Of a DNA stretch of 64,000 bases, positions 39,890 to 49,877 are shown one piece after another. The position numbers were made by a program, and so were the translations under genes. The notes beneath the pieces are model-generated. The model worked only from the letters and a program-made list of their open reading frames with translations. It did no database searches and was not told where the DNA came from. The stretch lies in sequence record DRR378314_916. The stretch is one strand, 5' to 3'. Within the stretch, counting starts at the first letter, position 1. Each line of letters opens with the position of its first letter.

Positions 39890-40989
39890 TCCTGCGGGGC
39901 TGCGCCATAGGCCGCTGCGAGATCCTCTGCCAGAACATTCAGGGCCTGCACGCCCTTTTCGCTGAAACTGTTCGTGTTGACGATCACGACCACTCCTGCA
40001 TCCGGGTAGAGCCTCACCGTAGACAACCACATCGTGTTTGACCCGCTGTGCCCAAGCGCAGCGCCAGATGGACTGTCGGGAACCACGCCCCAGCCCAGCG
40101 CATAGTCTGACGCCTCGTCCGGATAGGGCATGAGCAGCTTCGCTTCTGTTTCATCCGGCGTCAGGAAACTGCTGAGCAGCCGTGCATGCGCCTCCAATGG
40201 TACATGCAACGTGCCCGCCGGGGCCAACGCAGGCGGATTGTCCGCATCCAGACCAGCGCCCTGCCCTTTCAGCCCGCCGAACAGACCTTTCCGGTGGCCT
40301 TCAATGCCCTCTGGCGGCGGACCAAAGCCCCATCCCTCGCCAGACGGAACCAGCTCTGCCAGGAACAGGGATTCGTAATTCTCATGCCCCATGCGCTCAG
40401 CGATACGGTCCAGCGCCGCGCCGGCCACCATGTATCCGTAATTGGAATAGGTGAAGCTGCCCGGCTCGGTCTTGGGCGGTTTGGCGAGTGCAGCCCTTGC
40501 CAAACTGGTCCGTTGCGCCTCCAACGTATTTGAAGACGCCCGGCTGGTCAGGAACCAGGTCACACCCGGATTGGCGGCCATCCCGCTGCGATGCGCCAAC
40601 AGGTCTTCAATTGTGATGTCCGACCACGCCGCATCCATTTCATCGGCCAGGTCCGGCAGCAATTCCGGCAGCGTCGCGCCCCATCTGGCCTCCCCTCGCT
40701 CAACGAGACGCCCATAAAGCAAAGCGGTCAGCATCTTGGTATTGGAGCCGATATGCCAGGCATCATCCGGTTGCGCTGCGTCCCCCTTGCCCCGGACGCG
40801 ATCGCCCGTCACGGCGAGCGCAAGGATCTGCCCATCCGCATCCGCAACCACTGCGCCAAGCGCGACCAGACCCGCCTTGTCGCGCACCGTTTCGAGCTTC
40901 GCAGCCAGGTCTTCGGGCGACATCGATTCGCTCCAGGCAGGCATCGCCAATGCCAGCGCAAACAAGAATGAGAACAGGCATTTCAGCAT
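39886..40989 (-). CDS. serine hydrolase, beta-lactamase-like family
   Basis: signal peptide; GSNTK (SxxK), LLAHRSG, YSNYGY, HSGS. Confidence 0.9.
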   Translation of the reverse strand: MLKCLFSFLFALALAMPAWSESMSPEDLAAKLETVRDKAGLVALGAVVADADGQILALAVTGDRVRGKGDAAQPDDAWHIGSNTKMLTALLYGRLVERGEARWGATLPELLPDLADEMDAAWSDITIEDLLAHRSGMAANPGVTWFLTSRASSNTLEAQRTSLARAALAKPPKTEPGSFTYSNYGYMVAGAALDRIAERMGHENYESLFLAELVPSGEGWGFGPPPEGIEGHRKGLFGGLKGQGAGLDADNPPALAPAGTLHVPLEAHARLLSSFLTPDETEAKLLMPYPDEASDYALGWGVVPDSPSGAALGHSGSNTMWLSTVRLYPDAGVVVIVNTNSFSEKGVQALNVLAEDLAAAYGAAPQD

Positions 40990-41020
40990 GTCGCGCACCT
41001 CCGCATGCGCGCACCGCCAA

Positions 41021-41521
41021 TCAGGCTGAGGTCGGTTTCTTGATATCCTCAACCAGGTCCAGCGGCAGCGCCGTTGTGCGTTTTGCAACGCGAATTACGA
41101 TGCGGGACTGAACATCTGACACCAGCGCCGAGCCGAGCAGATTGTCCCGCAGGAAATTGTCATAAGCGTGCATGTCTGTCGTGATGATGTGGATCATGTA
41201 GTCCACCGCGCCCGTCACGGTCATGCACTCGATCACTTCGGGCCACGCCTGAACCATTTGCTCGAACGCATCGAGGTTTTCCCGGCTCGGCAACGCCAGT
41301 TTGACGCTGGCCATCACTTCAAAGTTGAGTCCGAGCGAGGAATTGTCCAGAAGGGTCACCCGGCCCGTGATGAAGCCCGCCTCTTCCATGCGCTTGATGC
41401 GACGCCAACAGGGTGATGAAGACAGGCCTACGCGGTCGGCGATCTCGGCAACGGACAGGCCGGCGTCATGCTGAACAATGTCCAGGATTCGCGCGTCGAC
41501 GGCATCTAGTTCTTGGGGCAA
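41021..41521 (-). CDS. Lrp/AsnC family transcriptional regulator
   Basis: LDAVDARIL, VGLSSSPCWRRIKRME, TGAVDY. Confidence 0.93.
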   Translation of the reverse strand: MPQELDAVDARILDIVQHDAGLSVAEIADRVGLSSSPCWRRIKRMEEAGFITGRVTLLDNSSLGLNFEVMASVKLALPSRENLDAFEQMVQAWPEVIECMTVTGAVDYMIHIITTDMHAYDNFLRDNLLGSALVSDVQSRIVIRVAKRTTALPLDLVEDIKKPTSA

Positions 41522-41649
41522 TCTTTGCTCACTTTCTTGCGTATCTTGGTAAATTTAACCCCGCAATAGCAAATATCACGCAAGATAGGCAAGCAATTTC
41601 ACTTAATTTACCCAATAATATGCCTAAACCCTCATTTCATAGGCATATC

Positions 41650-44600
41650 ATGCAACATCGTGAAGTTACGCTGGACGACAAATACAAGCTTGTCGAGGGA
41701 AAAGCGTTCATGACCGGCATTCAGGCGCTGGTCCGCCTACCACTTGATCGCAAACGTCTCGATCTGCGTCAGAATCTGAACACGGCCGGCTTCATTTCCG
41801 GGTATCGCGGCTCGCCACTGGGCGGCTACGACCAACAATTGCGCGCCGCGCAAAAATGGCTCGACGCGCACGATATCAAGTTCTGGGAAGGCCTGAACGA
41901 AGACCTTGGCGCAACGGCCGTCTGGGGCAGCCAGCAGCTCGGCCTGTTCCCCGGCGCAAAATATGATGGCCTGTTCGGCATCTGGTACGGCAAGGCCCCG
42001 GGTGTCGACCGCACAGGTGACGTGTTCAAACATGCCAACGCTGCCGGCGCCTCCGATCATGGCGGCGTGCTGGCGATCATCGGCGACGACCATAATTGCA
42101 AGTCTTCGACTCTTCCCTCGCAGTCAGAATACGCCATGGCGGACGCCGAAATCCCCGTCCTCAACCCGGCCTCGATCCAGGATGTACTGGATTACGGCAT
42201 TCATGGCTGGGCGATGAGCCGCTTTTCCGGCGCATGGACCGGCCTCGTAGCCCTCGCTGACACGATGGATTCCGGTTCGGTCGTCAGCGTCGATCTCGAC
42301 CGCTTCAATTTCATCCAGCCCGACTTCCAATTGCCGGAAGACGGCGTGCATTTGCGGCGCGGCGACAGCCCGCTCGACAAGGAACGCCGCCTGCGTCAGG
42401 TGAAGCTGCCCGCTGCGCAAGCCTATGTGCGCGCCAACAAGCTGGACCAGGTCATCCTGCCTTCGCCGAAACCCCGTGTCGGTGTTGTCGTGACGGGACA
42501 AGCTGCCCGCGATGTGTTCGAGGCACTCGCGGCGCTCGGCCTGTCACCGCAGGATGCAGGACGCCTGGGTCTCTCCGTGTACAAGGTGGCCATGCCGTGG
42601 CCGCTGGAACCGGAAGGGATCCGGGCGTTCTGCAAAGGTCTGGAACGCGTGGTCGTGATCGAACACAAGCGCCCGCTGATCGAAGACCAGTTGCGCTCGG
42701 TGCTGTATGACCTGCCAGATGGCCAGCGCCCGACGGTGGAAGGCAAGCGCGACCGCGAAGGCCGCCCCCTCCTCTCCGACATTGCCTCCATCTCCATCCC
42801 CGAAATGGCCGAAGCACTGATGAAGATCCTGCCGGAAGGCTGGGATACCTCACGGGCCAAGGCCTATTTCGACCGCATCGGCCGCGCCGGGGAAGCCGCA
42901 CGCACCAATGCGACGGAAACCCTCCGCACACCGCATTACTGTTCCGGCTGCCCGCACAATTCCTCCACCGTCGTGCCGGAGGGCTCTCGCGCGCTGGCAG
43001 GCATTGGCTGTCACTATATGGCGAATTTCATGCCGGACCGGAAAACCGACATGACCAGCCAGATGGGCGGCGAAGGCATCGCCTGGGTCGGCCAGCACTG
43101 GGCGACGGACGAACCGCACGTCTTCGTCAATCTCGGCGACGGCACCTACTCCCATTCCGGCAGCCTTGCCATCCGCGCCGCGGTCACCTCCGGCGCGAAC
43201 ATGACCTACAAGATTCTGTATAACGACGCCGTCGCCATGACCGGCGGCCAGCATGTGGAATCCGGCCAGACCCCGGCCCAGATTGCCCAGCAGGTCGAAG
43301 CCGAAGGTGTCGAAACCATTGTCATCGTCACTGAAGACCCGACCCGCTACGCCAACGTCAAACACATTCCGCGCCGCGTGAAGATCTACGACCGCGAGGA
43401 GCTGGACGAGGTCCAGAAGATGTTGCGCGAAACGCCGGGCGTCTCCGTCATGATCTACGACCAGATCTGCGCCACGGAAAAACGTCGCCGCTCCAAGCGC
43501 GGCCTGCGCGCACCGGACCGCACGCGCGTCGTGATCAACACCGAAGTCTGCGAAGGCTGTGGTGATTGCTCGATCAAATCGAACTGCCTGTCGGTTGAGC
43601 CGGTCGAGACCGAACTTGGCCGCAAGCGCCGGATCAACCAGTCAACCTGTAACACGGACCTGTCCTGCCTGCGGGGCTTCTGCCCGAGCTTCGTGACCAT
43701 TCAGGATGGCGAACCGGCCTGGCAGGACCAGCCGCGTCCGGAGTTTGACGATGCCGGCCTGCCCCTGCCCGAAACGCCGGGACTGTCGGAGCCTTGGAAC
43801 GTGCTGTTCACCGGCGTCGGCGGCACAGGCGTCACCACCGTCGCCGCCGTGCTGGCAATGGCCGCGCATGTGGATGGCAACGCCGCCTCCAGCCTGGACA
43901 TGACCGGCCTTGCCCAGAAGGGCGGCCCGGTGCTCAGCCATATCCGCTTCGCGAAAGAGCCGGAGATGATCTCCACCGGCAAGGTTCCTCCGGCCAGCGC
44001 AGACCTGATCATCGCCTGCGACCTTGTCGTGGCGGCGGGCGGGGACGCGCTGAATTTGATGGATGTTGGCCGCACCGCCGCCTATGCGAACTCCGACGTC
44101 ACCCCGACCAGCGAGTTCATCCGGGATCGGTCAAAGCGTTTCGAGAGCGACCTCCTGGCCGCGCGCGTGAAGCGTCAGGCCCGTGACTTCGGCGCATTTG
44201 ATGCCGAGGCGCTGGCAGTCGGCTATCTCCACGATGCGATCTATACGAACATGATCATGGTCGGATACGCCTGGCAGAAAGGCCAGGTTCCGATCAGCCT
44301 GCGGGCGCTCTACCGCGCGATCCGCCTGAACGGCACGAAGGTGGAAGACAACATGTCCGCCTTCAACATTGGCCGTATCGCCGCCGCTGATCCGGACCGT
44401 CTTCTGCCCCAGACGGACCCGCGCGGCCATATCGAGGAGAAAACCCTCGACGAGCTCATCGCGGACCGGGCCAGCCGCCTGACCGCCTATCAGGACGCCG
44501 CCTATGCGGAAAAATATCGCAGCATCGTGGCGCAGGTCCGCGCCGCAGAACATGCCGCAGGATTGGGTGAGAAACTGACCCGAGCCGCCGCCACCTATGC

Positions 44601-45111
44601 CTACAAGCTGATGGCCTACAAGGATGAATACGAAGTCGCCCGTCTCTACACGGATGGCAAGTTCGCCGAGTATGTGGCCAGCCAGTTCAAGGGCGGCAAG
44701 ATGCGCCTCATGCTGGCCCCGCCGATCCTCGCCAAGAAGGATGCCGAAGGCCATTTGAAGAAGAAGCATTTCGGCCCGTGGATGTTCCGCGTCTTCAAGC
44801 TGATGGCGAAGTTCAAGGGCCTGCGCGGCACGCGGTTCGACCTGTTCGGCTACACCGAAGAACGCCGCATGGAGCGCCAGCTGCGCGATGAGTATCTCGC
44901 CGGCCTGGCCCGTATTGCGCAGGAACTCTCCGCACAGAACCATGCCCTTGCCATCGCGCTCGCCGAAATACCGGACGAGATCCGCGGCTATGGCCACGTC
45001 AAGGACGCGGCGGTCGATGTTGCGAAGGCGAAAGAGGCAGAGCTCTGGGCCGGTTGGCCGGACGGCACAATGCCCAAGGCAAAGACCACGCTGATCGCGG
45101 CGGCGGAGTAG
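41650..45111 (+). CDS. indolepyruvate ferredoxin oxidoreductase family protein (fused alpha/beta)
   Basis: SGYRGSPLGG, CSGCPHN, GDGTYSHSG, CEGCGDC ferredoxin motif, GLAQKGG. Confidence 0.93.
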   Translation: MQHREVTLDDKYKLVEGKAFMTGIQALVRLPLDRKRLDLRQNLNTAGFISGYRGSPLGGYDQQLRAAQKWLDAHDIKFWEGLNEDLGATAVWGSQQLGLFPGAKYDGLFGIWYGKAPGVDRTGDVFKHANAAGASDHGGVLAIIGDDHNCKSSTLPSQSEYAMADAEIPVLNPASIQDVLDYGIHGWAMSRFSGAWTGLVALADTMDSGSVVSVDLDRFNFIQPDFQLPEDGVHLRRGDSPLDKERRLRQVKLPAAQAYVRANKLDQVILPSPKPRVGVVVTGQAARDVFEALAALGLSPQDAGRLGLSVYKVAMPWPLEPEGIRAFCKGLERVVVIEHKRPLIEDQLRSVLYDLPDGQRPTVEGKRDREGRPLLSDIASISIPEMAEALMKILPEGWDTSRAKAYFDRIGRAGEAARTNATETLRTPHYCSGCPHNSSTVVPEGSRALAGIGCHYMANFMPDRKTDMTSQMGGEGIAWVGQHWATDEPHVFVNLGDGTYSHSGSLAIRAAVTSGANMTYKILYNDAVAMTGGQHVESGQTPAQIAQQVEAEGVETIVIVTEDPTRYANVKHIPRRVKIYDREELDEVQKMLRETPGVSVMIYDQICATEKRRRSKRGLRAPDRTRVVINTEVCEGCGDCSIKSNCLSVEPVETELGRKRRINQSTCNTDLSCLRGFCPSFVTIQDGEPAWQDQPRPEFDDAGLPLPETPGLSEPWNVLFTGVGGTGVTTVAAVLAMAAHVDGNAASSLDMTGLAQKGGPVLSHIRFAKEPEMISTGKVPPASADLIIACDLVVAAGGDALNLMDVGRTAAYANSDVTPTSEFIRDRSKRFESDLLAARVKRQARDFGAFDAEALAVGYLHDAIYTNMIMVGYAWQKGQVPISLRALYRAIRLNGTKVEDNMSAFNIGRIAAADPDRLLPQTDPRGHIEEKTLDELIADRASRLTAYQDAAYAEKYRSIVAQVRAAEHAAGLGEKLTRAAATYAYKLMAYKDEYEVARLYTDGKFAEYVASQFKGGKMRLMLAPPILAKKDAEGHLKKKHFGPWMFRVFKLMAKFKGLRGTRFDLFGYTEERRMERQLRDEYLAGLARIAQELSAQNHALAIALAEIPDEIRGYGHVKDAAVDVAKAKEAELWAGWPDGTMPKAKTTLIAAAE

Positions 45112-45114
45112 ACC

Positions 45115-45453
45115 CTAGTCTACTTCGTCCACCCGCACATCAATGATCGTGCCTTTCTTGCCGAGCTTTTCGAGCGTCTTCTCGATGTCGTCGGATTCCA
45201 CCGTGCGCGTATAGGTCTTTGTACCGCCGCTGAATTTCTTCACCTTGACGGTCAGCTTCACGTCGCGTTCCGGCCCGTCCAGCGCGTCGCCGGTGGCGCT
45301 CACCACGCCGGAGCCAACCTTGTAGGCGCCCTTGGCCGTGCCCTCGACCACATCGCCCGCCACGCCGACAGGCACGGTGACGATCTTGGTGGCAAGACAG
45401 GCTGGCAGGGTGGCAATCATGCCCGCAACAAGCGCAAAACGAAGGACAGGCAT
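45115..45453 (-). CDS. small lipoprotein, hypothetical
   Basis: lipobox LPAC then LATKIVTVPV; AGGAG RBS. Confidence 0.75.
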   Translation of the reverse strand: MPVLRFALVAGMIATLPACLATKIVTVPVGVAGDVVEGTAKGAYKVGSGVVSATGDALDGPERDVKLTVKVKKFSGGTKTYTRTVESDDIEKTLEKLGKKGTIIDVRVDEVD

Positions 45454-45552
45454 GGCGAAATCTCCTCAAGGCTTGCGCCATGTTAAACCAGAGGAGTGTT
45501 GAGGCGAGGTTACGGTTTGGTCAGCTCATTGCGCGCCGGACCCGCCGCAAGT

Positions 45553-45637
45553 CCGCTCATCCCGGCGAAGGCCGGGACCCAGCCGGATCCGAGATGAGCG
45601 TGCAAATCTGGGCCCCGGCCTGCGCCGGGGTGAGCGG
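45553..45637. repeat. intergenic composite palindrome (REP/CIR-like element)
   Basis: CCGCTCATCCCGGCGAAGGCCGGGACCCAG ... CTGGGCCCCGGCCTGCGCCGGGGTGAGCGG: two inverted arms, each itself a hairpin. Confidence 0.75.
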
Positions 45638-45649
45638 TCAAAAAAGGCC

Positions 45650-47242
45650 CTACCCCCGCGCAAGAGACTCGTCGATCAGGCGCGCGGTGTTCTCCACGCC
45701 ATAGAGCGCGGCGAAGCTGCCGAAGCGCGGGCCCTGGCTCTGGCCCAGCAGCACTTCATACAGCGCCTTGAACCATTCGCGCAGATTCTCGAACTCATGA
45801 TCCTTCCCGACAGAGAAGGTCAGCGTCTGGAGATTTTCGGATGTCCGCTCTCCGTCAAACGCCTTGAGCCGCGCGGAGAGGTCTTCCATCGCGGCGCGTT
45901 CGGCATCGGTCGGTGCGCGATAGGTCTTCTGTGGCAGGACAAAATCGCGATAATAGCTCATCGCATAGCCCGCCAGCTGGTCCAGCAGCGGGTGCGTCTC
46001 CGGTGAGGCTTCCGGCGCATATTGCGAGATGAAGCCCCAGAGCTGGCTCCTGTCTTCCGGGTTCGCCACCGCGACGAGGTTCAGCAGCAGCGCAAAGCTG
46101 ACCGGCGTCGTCTCTGCCGGCGGCTTGCCGGAATGGATGTGCCAGACGGGGTTCTCGATCTGACGCTCGGGCGCCTCGCTCGGATACTTCTCAAGGAAGG
46201 TGAGATATTCATCCACGGCCTTCGGGATGACATCGAAGTAGAGCTTCTTCGCCACGCGCGGTTTCTGGAACTGGAACAGGCTGAGGCTCTCATCCGGGGC
46301 ATATTTCAGCCAGTCCTCGACCGAGATGCCATTGCCCTTGGTCTTGGAGATTTTCTCGCCCTTCTCGTCCAGGAACATCTCATAGACATATTGCTCCGGC
46401 GGGCGCTTGCCCAGGATGCGCGTGATCTTGGAATAGATCGGCGCATTCGCCTGATGGTCCTTGCCGAACATTTCAAAGTCGACGCCAAGCGCGGCCCAGC
46501 GCATGCCAAAATCGGGCTTCCACTGCATCTTTACATGGCCACCCGTCACCGGCAGCGTGAATTCCTTGCCGCTTTCGTCGTCAAACGTGATCGTGCCATT
46601 CTCTCCGTCAACGGATTTCATCGGCACATAGAGCACCTCCCCCGTCTCCGGATGGATGGGCAGGAACGGGCTGTAGGTCGCCTGCCGCTCCTCGCCCAGC
46701 GTCGGCAGCATAACATCCATGATGTCCTGATACTTGCGCGCGGCCTCGCGCAGCATGTCGTCAAACCGGCCGGATTTGTAGCATTCCGTGGCCGACAGGA
46801 ATTCATACTCAAAGCCGAACTGGTCGAGGAAGGCACACAGCCGCGCATTCATGTGCGCGCCATAGGAGGCGTGCGTGCCGAACGGGTCTGGCACAGCCGT
46901 CAGCGGCTGTTGCAGATAGGCTTCCAGGCTTTCCGGGTTCGGCACGGTCGGGGGCACTTTGCGCATCCCGTCCATGTCATCGGACACACAGATCAGGCGC
47001 GTTGTGTACTTGCCGCCGGTCAGCGCCTCAAACGCATGGCGCACCATCGTCGTGCGCACCACTTCGCCGAACGTGCCGATATGCGGCAGGCCGGACGGGC
47101 CATAGCCGGTCTCGAACGTGACCGGGTCATCCGCCGTGCGCTGGCCGGCCTTGATCTGCTGCTCCACACGCTGCTCCAGCTTGCGGGCAAGCTCGAACGG
47201 CCAGGCCTTTGCGGATTGGGCGAGCGCGGAAAGATCGGTCAT
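45650..47242 (-). CDS. lysS: lysine--tRNA ligase, class I
   Basis: [15 protein letters not shown] (HIGH-like), KISKTKGN (KMSKS-like), GPRFGSF. Confidence 0.96.
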   Translation of the reverse strand: MTDLSALAQSAKAWPFELARKLEQRVEQQIKAGQRTADDPVTFETGYGPSGLPHIGTFGEVVRTTMVRHAFEALTGGKYTTRLICVSDDMDGMRKVPPTVPNPESLEAYLQQPLTAVPDPFGTHASYGAHMNARLCAFLDQFGFEYEFLSATECYKSGRFDDMLREAARKYQDIMDVMLPTLGEERQATYSPFLPIHPETGEVLYVPMKSVDGENGTITFDDESGKEFTLPVTGGHVKMQWKPDFGMRWAALGVDFEMFGKDHQANAPIYSKITRILGKRPPEQYVYEMFLDEKGEKISKTKGNGISVEDWLKYAPDESLSLFQFQKPRVAKKLYFDVIPKAVDEYLTFLEKYPSEAPERQIENPVWHIHSGKPPAETTPVSFALLLNLVAVANPEDRSQLWGFISQYAPEASPETHPLLDQLAGYAMSYYRDFVLPQKTYRAPTDAERAAMEDLSARLKAFDGERTSENLQTLTFSVGKDHEFENLREWFKALYEVLLGQSQGPRFGSFAALYGVENTARLIDESLARG

Positions 47243-47460
47243 CGGGAATGTCAGTCATGCTTGAGTGAAAACAGGTCCGCCGGACCTAGAGGCCACGGGG
47301 GGCGCGGTCAAGCTGAGACAAATCATCAAGAAGCATATAGCTGAAATCGATTGTGGCCATTGCTTAATAAATTGAATGCCTCATCGAGTACCCAATGAAT
47401 GGAATTCAAATAGCTTCTTCACCGAGTGCTTTCGACCAGTGACCGTGACATCACGGTTTT

Positions 47461-48114
47461 TTAGGCGAGCCTGCCAATCTTTTTCTGCATTATCCAAGCA
47501 GCACTGTCGCCCTGACCGCTCAGTGTTAAAATGAGTTCGTACGGCACGTCGTGTAGATACTTTAGATTGCCTGGCTTTCCGTAACTAATCTTAACGTGAA
47601 TATCGATCATCGCCTTCACGACCTCGCCCGGTTCAAGTTGCTTCCAGTTTCGAGAGAATACCGGCCCCCGCAGTAATTGCTGACCCAGTGGGCTCACAAT
47701 AGCGGTTTTCAAAATATCAACTCTCTCTTCACCCGTTCTACCGTTCATGGACCAAATCACTTCCGACGCGTCCACTTGTATCGGAAAGTTTCCCAAGTTC
47801 TTTATTAGGAGAACGCCTTGAACTTTTTGGATGTCTCCCTCCCCCCAATGATGCGGCTGAGCTGCCTCAACAACGATCTTGAATTTTGGGGAGGATAGTG
47901 CGCGGCGAATTGAATTCTGAGCCAGTATCACCAAGACAAGTGCGACTACTCCCAGCACTCCCAAGAACGTCCAGAGAGGCGGCGATCTTTGCAGTATACC
48001 CAGCAAGATTGCCGCCACGGTTGCTGCTGCTAACCAGAACCACGACGACATCAGCACCTGAATAACGGCTTCGTCTCGCCCCAAGCGCCAGAACCAAGAG
48101 AACGCCTTTCGCAT
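47461..48114 (-). CDS. AT-rich orphan membrane-anchored protein
   Basis: 217 aa open frame, two N-terminal hydrophobic helices, composition visibly AT-richer than neighbours. Confidence 0.6.
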   Translation of the reverse strand: MRKAFSWFWRLGRDEAVIQVLMSSWFWLAAATVAAILLGILQRSPPLWTFLGVLGVVALVLVILAQNSIRRALSSPKFKIVVEAAQPHHWGEGDIQKVQGVLLIKNLGNFPIQVDASEVIWSMNGRTGEERVDILKTAIVSPLGQQLLRGPVFSRNWKQLEPGEVVKAMIDIHVKISYGKPGNLKYLHDVPYELILTLSGQGDSAAWIMQKKIGRLA

Positions 48115-48173
48115 GATCCAACCTAAACGCGATTCTTGTCGCTTATCAACGAGACAGCTTTGGAATCAGAGTA

Positions 48174-48237
48174 AGTAAAAAATATTTGACATGTCAAAAA
48201 TCTTTGACCATATGGGTCATGTAAGAAATTTTTGACA
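48174..48237. promoter_or_regulatory. three 18-bp operator-like imperfect palindromes
   Basis: AGTAAAAAATATTTGACA (48174), TGTCAAAAATCTTTGACC (48192), TGTAAGAAATTTTTGACA (48220). Confidence 0.7.
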
Positions 48238-48249
48238 TGGAGACATCAA

Positions 48250-48672
48250 ATGTCCTTTCACGAAAAATCGGCCTGGATCATGGGCCTGATGCTCTCGCTC
48301 ACCGGGCTCTGGTACATCAATCAGGTGTGGAGCCGGTCAGAGGCGCTGGGCGAGACCATTGGCCCGAACATCGTATTGATCGCCGTGGCGACCGGCATGC
48401 TGGTCTTCGGCGCCATCATCAGCCACATCATCATCGCGGCCAGCAGCCCGGATGAGGCCAATGACGCAGAGGATGAGCGCGACAAGCAGGTGCTGCGCCG
48501 CGCGGGCAATATCTCCGGCTATGTGCTGGGCTTCGGCATCTTTGCGGGCCTCTGGCACTATTACTTCCTCGCCGATGGCAACATGCTGTTCCACATCGCG
48601 GTGGCCAGCCTGATCGCGTCGCAAGTGGCCGAATATGCCCTCACCATCCTGTTCTATCGCCGGGGCGTGTAA
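48250..48672 (+). CDS. membrane protein (DUF2178-like) associated with an XRE regulator
   Basis: MSFHEKSAW, four TM segments, EDERD motif; GGAGA RBS. Confidence 0.8.
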   Translation: MSFHEKSAWIMGLMLSLTGLWYINQVWSRSEALGETIGPNIVLIAVATGMLVFGAIISHIIIAASSPDEANDAEDERDKQVLRRAGNISGYVLGFGIFAGLWHYYFLADGNMLFHIAVASLIASQVAEYALTILFYRRGV

Positions 48673-48674
48673 GC

Positions 48675-48902
48675 ATGGCCAAACGCCCCCCTATCCTGAA
48701 CCGTGTAAAGGCCCTGCGAGAGGCCCATGACGGGATGAGCCAGGCGGCCCTGGCCAAAGAGATCGGCGTGACGCGGCAAACCGTGATCGCCATCGAACAG
48801 GGCCGCTACTCCCCCTCCCTCGAAAGCGCCTTCCGCATCGCCCGGGTCTTCGGCGTCAGCCTTGATGACGTGTTCCAATGGGACGAGACCGCCGAAAGCT
48901 GA
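48675..48902 (+). CDS. XRE/Cro-type helix-turn-helix regulator
   Basis: MSQAALAKEIGVTRQTVIAIEQGRYSPSLESAFRIARVF. Confidence 0.92.
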   Translation: MAKRPPILNRVKALREAHDGMSQAALAKEIGVTRQTVIAIEQGRYSPSLESAFRIARVFGVSLDDVFQWDETAES

Positions 48903-48980
48903 CCACCCCTCGGGACACAAAGATCAAATTTCACCGATCCATTTAGACGCCCGGAAACCAAGATGCGGTAGCGGTCAGGC

Positions 48981-49778
48981 ATGAATTTTCTCGGGATCAA
49001 CAAGCCAGCGGGAAACCGGGTTTCCTATGCGAACGCGGCCATGGTCGCGCTCATTTCGCTGCTCGCGACATGGGCGGTGACCGGGTTCTCGATCCTGGCG
49101 AACCCGTTTGGCACATCCTACGATCACATCGACCAGGCGATTTTGAACGAGTTCTGGTTCTGGACGGCATTCTCCTCCACGGTCATCCCGGTCGTTGTCT
49201 CCTTTCCAATTGCCATCCTGCTGCAACGTGGGCGTATCAAGTTGCAGGATGCCTTGGACGAATTGGCGGTCGCCCATGCCGAACTTGCCCATCGCTCCCG
49301 CGTGGACGCGCTCACCGGCCTGCTCAATCGCGGCGCATTCCTGGCTGAGGTCGAAGACCGTCTGGAACTGCACGGCGCGATGCTGATGGTTGATGTCGAC
49401 CACTTTAAGACGATCAATGATACGTTCGGCCACGGCGCCGGGGATGACGCGTTGCGCGTAATCTCAAAGGCTCTGGCAAGCAAAGCGCGACCGACAGACC
49501 TTGTCGGCCGGCTCGGGGGCGAAGAGTTCGCTGTCTTCCTGACGGGCTGCAAGGATGAGGCAACCGCGCAGGAACGCGCCGAAGACATACGCCAGGGCAT
49601 TCACGCCATTCGCTTTGAACCCGAGCCGGGCAAACTGCACGCGATTACCGCCAGTATCGGGGTCGCCATTGCCCTGCCGCGCAGCCCGATCGAGGATGTC
49701 ATCCTGCGCGCCGACAAATCGCTCTATCGCGCCAAGAATTCTGGCCGCAACCGGGTCATTCTGGACAGCGCAGCCTGA
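48981..49778 (+). CDS. membrane-anchored diguanylate cyclase (GGDEF)
   Basis: two TM segments; DALTGLLNR, DVDHFKTIND, RLGGEEF; RPTD (RxxD) upstream of the active site. Confidence 0.93.
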   Translation: MNFLGINKPAGNRVSYANAAMVALISLLATWAVTGFSILANPFGTSYDHIDQAILNEFWFWTAFSSTVIPVVVSFPIAILLQRGRIKLQDALDELAVAHAELAHRSRVDALTGLLNRGAFLAEVEDRLELHGAMLMVDVDHFKTINDTFGHGAGDDALRVISKALASKARPTDLVGRLGGEEFAVFLTGCKDEATAQERAEDIRQGIHAIRFEPEPGKLHAITASIGVAIALPRSPIEDVILRADKSLYRAKNSGRNRVILDSAA

Positions 49779-49837
49779 GTCAGTTCGCGGCATGGCGCAC
49801 AGGCCATTCCGCATGTGCAACAAAGCGCAAAAACCTG

Positions 49838-49877
49838 ATTGACATTCATTCGCATCTTCGTGCAAATGGTTCGCATG
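49838..49877. promoter_or_regulatory. putative tandem Fur-type boxes upstream of bfd
   Basis: ATTGACATTCATTCGCATC and GTGCAAATGGTTCGCAT resemble the Caulobacter-type Fur box; overlaps TTGACA -35. Confidence 0.5.

Noticed and set aside
45650-47242. Class I lysyl-tRNA synthetase as a novelty
   Set aside because: Well known in many Alphaproteobacteria
47443-47462. ACCGTGACATCACGGT palindrome with T tail
   Set aside because: Loop is very small and the T tail is on the strand opposite the adjacent gene; function cannot be supported
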